Part shown: in pieces, positions 21,281-28,927 of the stretch
Layout of the letters: each line of letters starts with the position of its first letter
How positions within the stretch are numbered: position 1 is the first letter of the stretch
Assembly: GCA_044229845.1 (NCBI GenBank)
Contig: JBGASG010000003.1
Location: 32,001-96,000, forward strand
Length of the DNA: 64,000 nucleotides
Origin: Candidatus Obscuribacteraceae bacterium
Lineage (GTDB): Bacteria > Cyanobacteriota > Vampirovibrionia > Obscuribacterales > Obscuribacteraceae
Reading direction: 5' to 3'
Notes under the pieces: generated by a model
The model's database searches: none
Seen by the model: the letters and a program-made list of their open reading frames with translations, nothing else
Told to the model about the DNA's origin: nothing
Made by a program: the position numbers and the translations under genes

Positions 21281-21529
21281 TCAGGGTGTCAACCGCGTCG
21301 ATGGTGTGTTATCCATGCGTCCGGGTAGTGGTTGGTTGTTTTCTTGAAGCGGCAATGATCCGGCTACGAACAATCCGCCTGCGATCATCAGAATTGCCAG
21401 TAATACCATTAATAAATAGGACAATGGATTGTTTGCCGGCGTGCCTGGAATGGCTTCCTCCGGCGGACCCGGTCTGTTGAGTCCTTCGTCCTGAAGTTCC
21501 TGATTACCAGCTAGGTCTGTGCCGTTCAT
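21281..21529 (-). CDS. Small single-pass membrane protein
   Basis: RBS GAGGA and helix YLLMVLLAILMIAGGLFVA. Confidence 0.6.
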   Translation of the reverse strand: MNGTDLAGNQELQDEGLNRPGPPEEAIPGTPANNPLSYLLMVLLAILMIAGGLFVAGSLPLQENNQPLPGRMDNTPSTRLTP

Positions 21530-21544
21530 TACGATCCTCATATA

Positions 21545-21578
21545 GCAACCACGACGGTAAATCGACCGTCGTGGTTGC
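21545..21578. promoter_or_regulatory. Perfect 14-bp inverted repeat that also reads GCAAC-N17-CGTC on both strands
   Basis: GCAACCACGACGGT-aaatcg-ACCGTCGTGGTTGC. Confidence 0.5.
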
Positions 21579-21599
21579 CGATGGTCTTACTGTGCCGCT

Positions 21600-21866
21600 C
21601 TAGACGTCCGAGCGCGTGATAGCACCGCTCAAGAGGTACATGGCGAACACGACGATAGCCGAACCAGCAATCGCCGGAACCAACGGTACGCCAGCGAGGT
21701 CCGGTCCGAAGCCGCCAAACAGGCTGGCACCGACCCAGGCGCCTATGGCACCGACAATAGCAGCAGCCAGGAATCCGCCAGGAACGCGTCCCGGAACCAG
21801 TGCCGAAGCTATCCATGCGCAAACGGCTGCCACAACTAAGAAAAGTAGAAAACTTAGAATACCCAT
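21600..21866 (-). CDS. GlsB/YeaQ/YmgE-family (transglycosylase-associated) stress membrane protein
   Basis: MGILSFLLFL...PGRVPGG...IVGAIGAWVG...PAIAGS. Confidence 0.85.
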   Translation of the reverse strand: MGILSFLLFLVVAAVCAWIASALVPGRVPGGFLAAAIVGAIGAWVGASLFGGFGPDLAGVPLVPAIAGSAIVVFAMYLLSGAITRSDV

Positions 21867-21904
21867 AACTGTCTTTTCTCCTACCGACCAATCATGGGGG
21901 CAAA

Positions 21905-21930
21905 GACGGGAGTGATTCACCAGAAGTTTC
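21905..21930 (-). promoter_or_regulatory. ECF-sigma-type promoter GAAAC-N17-CGTC
   Basis: Minus strand GAAACttctggtgaatcactccCGTC upstream of 21866. Confidence 0.7.
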
Positions 21931-22011
21931 CGAGCCATCGAACGGAATCGCAGGGTGCCCGACGAAATCCATATGAGGATTGATCTGTGGGCAGCCAGGA
22001 TACGGATGGTT

Positions 22012-22037
22012 GAAACCTTGGCAGTCAGAGTTACGTC
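22012..22037 (+). promoter_or_regulatory. ECF-sigma-type promoter GAAAC-N17-CGTC
   Basis: GAAACcttggcagtcagagttaCGTC upstream of 22097. Confidence 0.7.
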
Positions 22038-22096
22038 AATTACCCCGTTGCACATGACTTAAGAATCGGGCAGCCTGCGCAGCCCAGGAGGATCAA

Positions 22097-22381
22097 ATGG
22101 TTCAAGTTACGCCAGAACGCGAAGTCTATACCGAGCGGATAGTCGATGATTCCGGTCCCGCCACTGCAATGGTTGTGATGTTTTCGCTTTTGATAATCGC
22201 AGTGCTGGGATTCATGGTCTACTACTTCAGCAATGCAAATATGTCGAACAGCCTTAACCCCACCACGATTATCGAAAGAACCCAGACGAACACGCACACG
22301 ACCACGCCGCTGCCGGTGCCGACTCCAACGCCTGTCGCTCCTGCTGAGCCAACACCAGCTCCAGAAGCCTCGACGCCGTAG
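22097..22381 (+). CDS. Small single-pass membrane protein with Thr/Pro tail
   Basis: RBS AGGAGG and one transmembrane helix. Confidence 0.75.
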   Translation: MVQVTPEREVYTERIVDDSGPATAMVVMFSLLIIAVLGFMVYYFSNANMSNSLNPTTIIERTQTNTHTTTPLPVPTPTPVAPAEPTPAPEASTP

Positions 22382-22416
22382 TCGTTCTAGAGCGAACTCC
22401 AAACAAATACTCGAGA

Positions 22417-22455
22417 GAAGAAGAAGAAGAAGAAGAAGAAGAAGAAGAAGAAGAA
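22417..22455 (+). repeat. (GAA)13 microsatellite
   Basis: 13 perfect GAA units. Confidence 0.95.
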
Positions 22456-22481
22456 GAGCGAGAGACCTCGCTCTTCTTTTT
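22451..22481 (+). terminator. Intrinsic terminator
   Basis: AAGAAGAGCGAG-agac-CTCGCTCTTCTT-TTT. Confidence 0.75.
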
Positions 22482-22564
22482 ACTTCGCCGCATTTCATGC
22501 GCTACACTGACGAATTCACAGCCAAAATTGAATGATCTCCATCCGCGCATACGAGGTACACAAG

Positions 22565-23281
22565 ATGAACACCCAGTCGCTGATTGGCGCCCTGCTCGGC
22601 GCGTTTCTGTTTTGCGCAGCGCCATGCCTGGCAGAGGATCCGGCTTCATCCCCGGCACCATCAACGACTTCCAGCTCCACCGGCACAACCGCTGATCCGC
22701 AAAGCACAAACCAGTCATTGAGTGGGCAGGTGCAACTCGTGGAAGTCAACCTTGCCACTTTGCGCGACTTGGGATTGGATATCAAACGCGTACAGCACGG
22801 CGCCACCGCCCTCTACGACGAAGCTAGCCGCCAGCCGGTCAGCCTGCAAACTATGCCGGAGGTTGTGGGACTGAACACGGTTATCCCTGTTGTGACTGGT
22901 TTCACCGGCGGTGGCTACTTGCCGCCCAGGAAATCGGCGGTCGACAACGCAATGGAGGCCATCGAACCCTGGATTGACATGGCTAAATCCTCAGTCGACG
23001 CCATCACAGAAGGTCATAAGAAGCTCGACCTGGACGAAGCCACTCAGGAAGAACTGGCGCCGCAATTCAAGAAGTGGTCCACGCTGGTAACCGAGACCTA
23101 CGGACACCTGCAAGTTCTGAAAGGTCTCACCAAAGGCCCTGGTTATGACAACCAGGCGATCGCCGATCAGGCAACCGCAATCAATCGAGAAACAAAAGAC
23201 CTGGATCGAGTGCGACGCGAAGTCTACAAAGTGCTTCAGAGAGAAGGAAAAGAGGCCCGCAAATCCAAAAAGAAAAGCTGA
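22565..23281 (+). CDS. Secreted helical hypothetical protein
   Basis: Signal peptide (..AAPCLA) and RBS GAGGT. Confidence 0.75.
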   Translation: MNTQSLIGALLGAFLFCAAPCLAEDPASSPAPSTTSSSTGTTADPQSTNQSLSGQVQLVEVNLATLRDLGLDIKRVQHGATALYDEASRQPVSLQTMPEVVGLNTVIPVVTGFTGGGYLPPRKSAVDNAMEAIEPWIDMAKSSVDAITEGHKKLDLDEATQEELAPQFKKWSTLVTETYGHLQVLKGLTKGPGYDNQAIADQATAINRETKDLDRVRREVYKVLQREGKEARKSKKKS

Positions 23282-23297
23282 AGCGATATCACTTCAG
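23278..23297. repeat. Dispersed palindrome, 1 copy, overlapping a stop codon
   Basis: CTGAAGCGATATCACTTCAG; its TGA is the stop of 22565..23281. Confidence 0.9.
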
Positions 23298-23325
23298 TTT
23301 TGTCGGTGCCCTGGATCGCTTATGC

Positions 23326-24915
23326 CTACGGGCTTTGCGGGCTTAGCAGATTTTCTAAATTTTCAAGGGTGTCAGCTTCTTCGATTGGCTTGTCATGACG
23401 CCACCGGAGAATTCGAGGAAAGCGAACCGCAATCCCCGACTTGTGACGGGTCGACTTTCGAATATCTTCGAACGCTAACTCGAAGACAAGAGCGGGTTTG
23501 ACAGTGCGGACTGGACCGAATTTTTCGACCGTGTTTTTGCGGATAAAAGCGTCCACTTCCGTAATTTCGGCATCCGTCAGCCCGGAGTAGGCTTTGGCTA
23601 CCGGCACTAATTTGCCGTCCTGCCAGACGCCGAATGTGTAGTCGGTGTACACGGCAGCGCGCTTGCCCGATCCGCGTTGCGCGTAGATAAGCACCGCATC
23701 GATCGTATAAGGATCGATTTTCCACTTCCACCAGTCGCCACGCTGGCGTCCAACTCTGTAAGGGGAGCCGCTGCGCTTGAGCATGAATCCCTCGACGTTC
23801 CGATCCCGGCTTTCATTGCGTAGCTCGGAAAGCTGGTTCCAGGATGCCGCTTGCACCGCTGGAGATAAAATGAATGCGGGCGAATCGAGTCGCTCGACTA
23901 AACGACTCAGTTGCTCCCTTCTCCACTTGTATGGACGTTCCCTAACGTCTTCGCCTTCGAACTCGAGCAAGTCGTAAGCCAGCAAAACTACGGGGACATC
24001 AGTCATCAGTTTCTTGCTGACTACCTTGCGCCCTATGCGCAATTGAAGGTCGCCGAAACGCATTACCTGCCCGTCTCGCCAGGCGAGAATCTCGCCGTCA
24101 ATAATGGTTCCATCCGGCAGCAATGCACCAATGGCGGTGACCTCCGGAAATCTGTCGGCGATTAGTTCCTCGCCACGGGACCAGAGGAATGTTTCTCCGG
24201 CGCGCCGGATTAACTGAGATCTGATACCATCCCATTTCCACTCTACCGCCCAGTCGCCGATGGGTCCAAGGTGTGAAGGATCGCCTTCAATCGGATAGGC
24301 CAGAAAAAACGGATACGGCCGGCTGATATCAGTATCGTGCGTGTCTTCAGCCAACAAAGCTCGATAGAATTCTGGAGTCGGCTCCCACGTCCCCATCAGA
24401 CTATGCATAATAACATCGACCGGGATACCGCTCACTTGCGAGAGGGCCCGCGCCACCTGATGCGACACTCCAACTCTGAATGCGCCGGTCAGCAGTTTAT
24501 TGAGAAGAAACCGCTGCCGCTGGCTCATGAGTCGCCAGAGTGAAACAATAGCTTCTTTCTGCACGCTCTCTTCAGTCTTGCGCAGTGCGAGCAGTTGCTC
24601 CATGAGGGCATGCAGTTTGATATCGCATTCAGTATTGCTCTCGGGTAAAAGGAGCGCAATCACTTCCGCAAAGTCACCGACCGCGTCGTAGGACTCGCTC
24701 CACAGCCAGGGAGGAATGCCGGTTTCTTCCACTGCCCACTCATGCAGGCGGGGAGCTTGTACCAGCGCCCGAGGTTTCCTCCCGCTCAGAAAATACAGTC
24801 CCCAGACGGCATCTTCAGGAGGAGTCTGCGCGAAGTACTCTTTCAGTGCGATGACTTTCTCATTTGTCTTGTTAGTTTCATCCAGAGCGGAAAATAACTG
24901 CGCGAAAAACTTCAC
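23326..24915 (-). CDS. ATP-dependent DNA ligase (ligase-associated DNA damage response type)
   Basis: EWKWDGIR, DGEIL, EGFMLK, WWKWK and AVRFPRI. Confidence 0.93.
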   Translation of the reverse strand: MKFFAQLFSALDETNKTNEKVIALKEYFAQTPPEDAVWGLYFLSGRKPRALVQAPRLHEWAVEETGIPPWLWSESYDAVGDFAEVIALLLPESNTECDIKLHALMEQLLALRKTEESVQKEAIVSLWRLMSQRQRFLLNKLLTGAFRVGVSHQVARALSQVSGIPVDVIMHSLMGTWEPTPEFYRALLAEDTHDTDISRPYPFFLAYPIEGDPSHLGPIGDWAVEWKWDGIRSQLIRRAGETFLWSRGEELIADRFPEVTAIGALLPDGTIIDGEILAWRDGQVMRFGDLQLRIGRKVVSKKLMTDVPVVLLAYDLLEFEGEDVRERPYKWRREQLSRLVERLDSPAFILSPAVQAASWNQLSELRNESRDRNVEGFMLKRSGSPYRVGRQRGDWWKWKIDPYTIDAVLIYAQRGSGKRAAVYTDYTFGVWQDGKLVPVAKAYSGLTDAEITEVDAFIRKNTVEKFGPVRTVKPALVFELAFEDIRKSTRHKSGIAVRFPRILRWRHDKPIEEADTLENLENLLSPQSP

Positions 24916-25988
24916 TGGTCGCCCTCCCCGAGTACCGCGTCATCGCCGGCGTCCGGTGCGTCATCGCCGGCGTCCGGTGCGCTGCGGTCCGAGGCTTCCT
25001 CGTGTTCGCCTTCGAAGGGGGTTTCCAGAACGTCGGCGTTGACGCCTCGCTCGCGCAGCCAACGCACCATCACATTGGCAAAACCATGCGTGACCAGCAC
25101 GTGCTCCGCGCCAGTTTCTCCAATTATGCGATTGAGGTTCTGCCAATCTATGTGATCGGAAAGAGGAAATCCGCGATCGACGGATCGCCTTCGCCGCGCG
25201 CCGCGCACCAGCATCCATCCGGAAGCGAACGCCGTTGAAACATTCCCAAGCCGCCTCAGCCAGACAGTGCCCATCGCCGATGGTGGCGCCAGCACCAGAG
25301 AGCCTTGAAACTCGCGCGACTTTTTCACGTGCGACACGAATGTGGTTTCAGGTAAGTCGATGCCGCTGGCACGGTATTGATTGTTCAGGCGTTCCACGGC
25401 TCCATGCGTGAACACCGGCCCGATACTCGTATCAACCGATCGCAGCAGCCGCTGGGCCTTGCCGAGCGCATAGCAGTAAATGAGGCTGGCTTTGCCCTGC
25501 GCTTTGTTCAGTTGCCACCAGCGATTGATCTGATCGACTATCGTATCCAGTGCCGGCCAGTTATAGATCGGCAAACCGAACGTCGCCTCAGTTATGAAGG
25601 TATGGCACCGCACCAATTCGAAAGGAGCACAGGTCGGATCAGGCTGCGTCTTGTAGTCGCCGGACACTACCGCTACCTCCCCGCGATGTTCAACACGCAC
25701 TTGCGCCGAACCTAAAATGTGTCCGGCTGGATGCAGAGAAACTTGCACTCCGTTCATGCTGACAGACTGCCCGTACTCGACTGTTTCGATTGTCGCCTCA
25801 TCACCGAGTCTGGTGCGCAGGAGATTGGCGCCGCCTCGGACGGCAAGATATGCTGAGCTTCCCGCCTGCGCATGATCGGAATGAGCGTGGGTGATCACCG
25901 CTCGCTCGACACTCTTCCATGGATCAACATAGAAGTCGCCCGGCTCGCAGTAGAGCCCTCGATCAGTTAAGCGCAGCAGTTGACTCAC
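24912..25988 (-). CDS. Ligase-associated DNA damage response exonuclease (metallo-beta-lactamase fold)
   Basis: ITHAHSDH, AGHILGS, SGDYK, YALGKAQR and LSDH; overlaps the ligase start. Confidence 0.92.
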   Translation of the reverse strand: MSQLLRLTDRGLYCEPGDFYVDPWKSVERAVITHAHSDHAQAGSSAYLAVRGGANLLRTRLGDEATIETVEYGQSVSMNGVQVSLHPAGHILGSAQVRVEHRGEVAVVSGDYKTQPDPTCAPFELVRCHTFITEATFGLPIYNWPALDTIVDQINRWWQLNKAQGKASLIYCYALGKAQRLLRSVDTSIGPVFTHGAVERLNNQYRASGIDLPETTFVSHVKKSREFQGSLVLAPPSAMGTVWLRRLGNVSTAFASGWMLVRGARRRRSVDRGFPLSDHIDWQNLNRIIGETGAEHVLVTHGFANVMVRWLRERGVNADVLETPFEGEHEEASDRSAPDAGDDAPDAGDDAVLGEGDQ

Positions 25989-26065
25989 ACGATGCCTCTG
26001 TCGAACCTGTCGCTAGATCATACCTGCCTTGAAGCGGCGGTTTCCAGGTGCCGGACCGGCTTATT

Positions 26066-26091
26066 GGAACTTTGGGGACCACGGTTTCGAC
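26066..26091 (+). promoter_or_regulatory. ECF-sigma-type promoter GGAAC-N17-CGAC
   Basis: GGAACtttggggaccacggtttCGAC upstream of 26119. Confidence 0.6.
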
Positions 26092-26118
26092 TAATCTGCA
26101 GAGGATGAGGAGGTAACT

Positions 26119-26382
26119 ATGGGTATTCTGGGATTTCTGTTTTTTTTACTCGTAGCAGCAGCCTGCGCCTGGGTGGCAGATTACTTCGTGCCGGGACGCA
26201 TTCCCGGCGGGTTTTTGGCAGCCGCCATCGTCGGGTTAATCGGCGCCTGGTTGGGCACGGCGTTGCTAGGCAACCTGGGTCCAGACCTCGGTGGCGTTCC
26301 GGTTTTCTCAGCAATTATAGGTAGTGGCTTGCTCGTGTTCGCAATGTCTTTACTTGGACGCGGCACCGCCCGTAACTCTTAG
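26119..26382 (+). CDS. GlsB/YeaQ/YmgE-family stress membrane protein (second paralogue)
   Basis: Closely similar to 21600..21866; RBS AGGAGG. Confidence 0.87.
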   Translation: MGILGFLFFLLVAAACAWVADYFVPGRIPGGFLAAAIVGLIGAWLGTALLGNLGPDLGGVPVFSAIIGSGLLVFAMSLLGRGTARNS

Positions 26383-26394
26383 GAGAGGTGAATA

Positions 26395-26904
26395 ATGAGA
26401 TACGTTGAGGGATTACTCGTAGGTGGAGCACTTGGTTTTATCGTTGGTCTGTTGACCGCACCGAAAGCCGGCTCTGAGCTTCGTCGCGACCTGGTTGAAG
26501 GCGGAGAAGATCTCTACCATCGCGGCAGTGAAGCAGTCGAAAATATGAAACTGCGCAAGGACGAGATGATGTACGACCTGCAAAACAAGAAGCAAGAAGT
26601 ACTGAGCAACGTGCAAGACATGCGCTCACGTCTGACTGCAAAAGTCGACGACCTGAAGCATCAGGCTGAACCCCTGATTGAAAAAGGAAAAGAGCTGAAG
26701 TCTGAAGCTTTGCACAAAATCGATGAGATGAAAGCCGATGCTCAACCGCTTCTCGACAAAGGTTTCGAGAAGGGCAAAGAGGCGATCGCCAAAGCAAAGG
26801 CAAAAAGCGACGAACTTCTGAATGAGGCTGTCGAAAAAGTTTCTACCTTGCAGGAAGAAACTAATGAGAAGCTGGGCAATACCGGGACCTATGGCAACGC
26901 CTAG
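26395..26904 (+). CDS. YtxH-domain general stress protein
   Basis: GLLVGGALGFIVGLLTAPKAGSELRRDL followed by a charged helical region. Confidence 0.88.
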   Translation: MRYVEGLLVGGALGFIVGLLTAPKAGSELRRDLVEGGEDLYHRGSEAVENMKLRKDEMMYDLQNKKQEVLSNVQDMRSRLTAKVDDLKHQAEPLIEKGKELKSEALHKIDEMKADAQPLLDKGFEKGKEAIAKAKAKSDELLNEAVEKVSTLQEETNEKLGNTGTYGNA

Positions 26905-26956
26905 AATCTCAGAGATAACAATCATCTGCGTTAAGCGCGGATACAGATAACCGGTC

Positions 26957-26990
26957 GAAACAGGTGCAGAAATGCGCCTGTTTCTGTTTT
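26957..26990 (+). terminator. Intrinsic terminator
   Basis: GAAACAGGTGCA-gaaa-TGCGCCTGTTTC-TGTTTT. Confidence 0.7.
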
Positions 26991-27020
26991 GATCTTTTAT
27001 CTAAATGTAGAGCTAGAAAC

Positions 27021-27046
27021 GGAACCATGATTTCTCCGCCTGCGTC
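27021..27046 (+). promoter_or_regulatory. ECF-sigma-type promoter GGAAC-N17-CGTC
   Basis: GGAACcatgatttctccgcctgCGTC upstream of ku. Confidence 0.75.
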
Positions 27047-27099
27047 GCAACCTTAAGCTGGGACGCTGACAAGGTGCGATGGCGCACGGAAGGTGAATT

Positions 27100-28131
27100 A
27101 TGGCCCGATCTATTTGGAAAGGCATCATCAGCTTCGGACTGGTCAGCATTCCTGTGAAACTTTATTCGGCGACTGAAAGCCACGACATCTCATTTCATCA
27201 GTTGCACACCGTCTGCAAAACACGCATCAAGCAGCAGCGCTGGTGCCCGCACTGCGACCGCGTCGTCGAATACGAAGACATCGAAAAAGGATACGAATTC
27301 GCCAAAGGAGAATATGTCGCTCTCGACAAAGAAGACTTCGAAAAATTGCCTCTGCCTGCACGACATGTAGTGGCTATCCAAGCTTTCGTTGAACGCGAAG
27401 AAATCGATCCCATCTATTACGACGATAGTTATTACACTGAGCCGGAAGAAGCGGCTGTCAGGCCCTATGCATTGTTTCTGCGGGCGCTGGAAGAGAAAGG
27501 TCTGGTGGCGGTGGGCACGATTGCCTTGAGAAACAAAGAAAGCCTGTGCGCGATTCGTCCCTACGGAGAAGCGCTGATTGTCGACATGTTGCTCTACGAA
27601 GACGAAGTGCGCCTCAAGCCGGAAGAGACGAAACTTCCGAGCGTCAGGTTGAACAAGAATGAACTCGACATGGCGAAGCACTTGATCGACTTGATGAAAG
27701 CAGACTTCGACCCGGCTGAATTCCAAGATCACTATCGCGAAGCTTTGAAAAAACTGATTGAAGCGAAGTTGGAAGGTGAGGAAATCGCAGTTCCGGCCAC
27801 GCCAAAAGCGCGGGTCGTCGATCTCATGGAAGCGTTGCGAGCCAGCGTGCAGGGAGCCAAGAAGGGTCAAACGCCACAGGTCGAACTGGAAGAAACCAAA
27901 GAGGACGCAGGCCAGGCGGAAATCACCACGTCTGGCAAAGGCAAATCAAAACGCACGGCAGCCGGTACAATACGGCGCACCGCCAGCAAGAATGGACGGA
28001 GCGCAGCGCAAGCAAGCAGCTCAGAAACCGGCACGCGCCGTAAATCGCGTAGCAGCACAAAATCATCACGCACCACTGGCACCGCAGCTACTCGTGCCGC
28101 CTCCAGTCGCAGCCGAAAGAAAAGTGCCTGA
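27100..28131 (+). CDS. ku: Non-homologous end joining protein Ku
   Basis: RSIWKGIISFGLVSIPVKLY, KGYE, VVDLMEALRAS and a basic tail. Confidence 0.96.
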   Translation: MARSIWKGIISFGLVSIPVKLYSATESHDISFHQLHTVCKTRIKQQRWCPHCDRVVEYEDIEKGYEFAKGEYVALDKEDFEKLPLPARHVVAIQAFVEREEIDPIYYDDSYYTEPEEAAVRPYALFLRALEEKGLVAVGTIALRNKESLCAIRPYGEALIVDMLLYEDEVRLKPEETKLPSVRLNKNELDMAKHLIDLMKADFDPAEFQDHYREALKKLIEAKLEGEEIAVPATPKARVVDLMEALRASVQGAKKGQTPQVELEETKEDAGQAEITTSGKGKSKRTAAGTIRRTASKNGRSAAQASSSETGTRRKSRSSTKSSRTTGTAATRAASSRSRKKSA

Positions 28132-28163
28132 TCCCGACCCCCTAAGAAAACACCACAAGGAGT

Positions 28164-28886
28164 ATGTCTATGCCTGAGCAATTGCTGAATCCTGATAATG
28201 CCCTCGGTATGTTGCGTCAGGAGCACGAAAACATAAAAACGCTGTTGCTGGCTTTGCAACAGGTAGACACACCGGGAATGGAGGACCAGATTCTGGTTCC
28301 CCTGCTCGACGAGTTGAAGGCGCACTCGGCCATCGAACTTGAATTGTTCTATCCCTTCATTCGCGAATTTGCCGGTGACGAACACATTGAGGCAGCCGCC
28401 GACGAATTCGATGCAGTGGCGGACCTGGCAACAAATATGGACGAGATGCTGGTTACCGATCCCGCCTTCAAAGAAACGCTCGCCTCATTGATCCAGCACT
28501 TTGATCGCCATTCATTCGAGATGGAGCAATACCTGTTCTTGACTGTGGAGGGACCGAATTGCTCTCCCGATTGCCTGGATCAACTGGTGGCACTGGCGAA
28601 TGATATGAAAGCGCGCAATGCTGAGTTACTGCAAAAAATGGGTGGAGACTCGGTCGATGCACGTCAACGAATCGCTCAGGAGAAGGGGCGCGGAGTACAT
28701 GCGCCGCGCGATCTGCCGGTTTCTCCGCAGACTGAGGAGAAACTATTCGGCGGCAAAACCGCCGATCTAACTAAAACCGAGCTGTCGGAGCGCGAAGCTG
28801 CCGTCACACCTAACGAGTTCGATACGGCACGCGGTTACAATCCGCCGCCGCCCGGCACCGATATCAGCCCGGACGTGGGGCTCTGA
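28164..28886 (+). CDS. Hemerythrin-domain protein
   Basis: LRQEH, AHSAIELELFYP and HSFEMEQYLF metal-ligand pattern. Confidence 0.75.
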   Translation: MSMPEQLLNPDNALGMLRQEHENIKTLLLALQQVDTPGMEDQILVPLLDELKAHSAIELELFYPFIREFAGDEHIEAAADEFDAVADLATNMDEMLVTDPAFKETLASLIQHFDRHSFEMEQYLFLTVEGPNCSPDCLDQLVALANDMKARNAELLQKMGGDSVDARQRIAQEKGRGVHAPRDLPVSPQTEEKLFGGKTADLTKTELSEREAAVTPNEFDTARGYNPPPPGTDISPDVGL

Positions 28887-28927
28887 TGAGGGACTGAAAA
28901 CGGACTGGCAAACGGACCTGCTATATT

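Noticed and set aside
22040..22718. ORFs with poly-Leu, poly-Arg or poly-Ser
   Set aside because: Translations of the (GAA)13 microsatellite.
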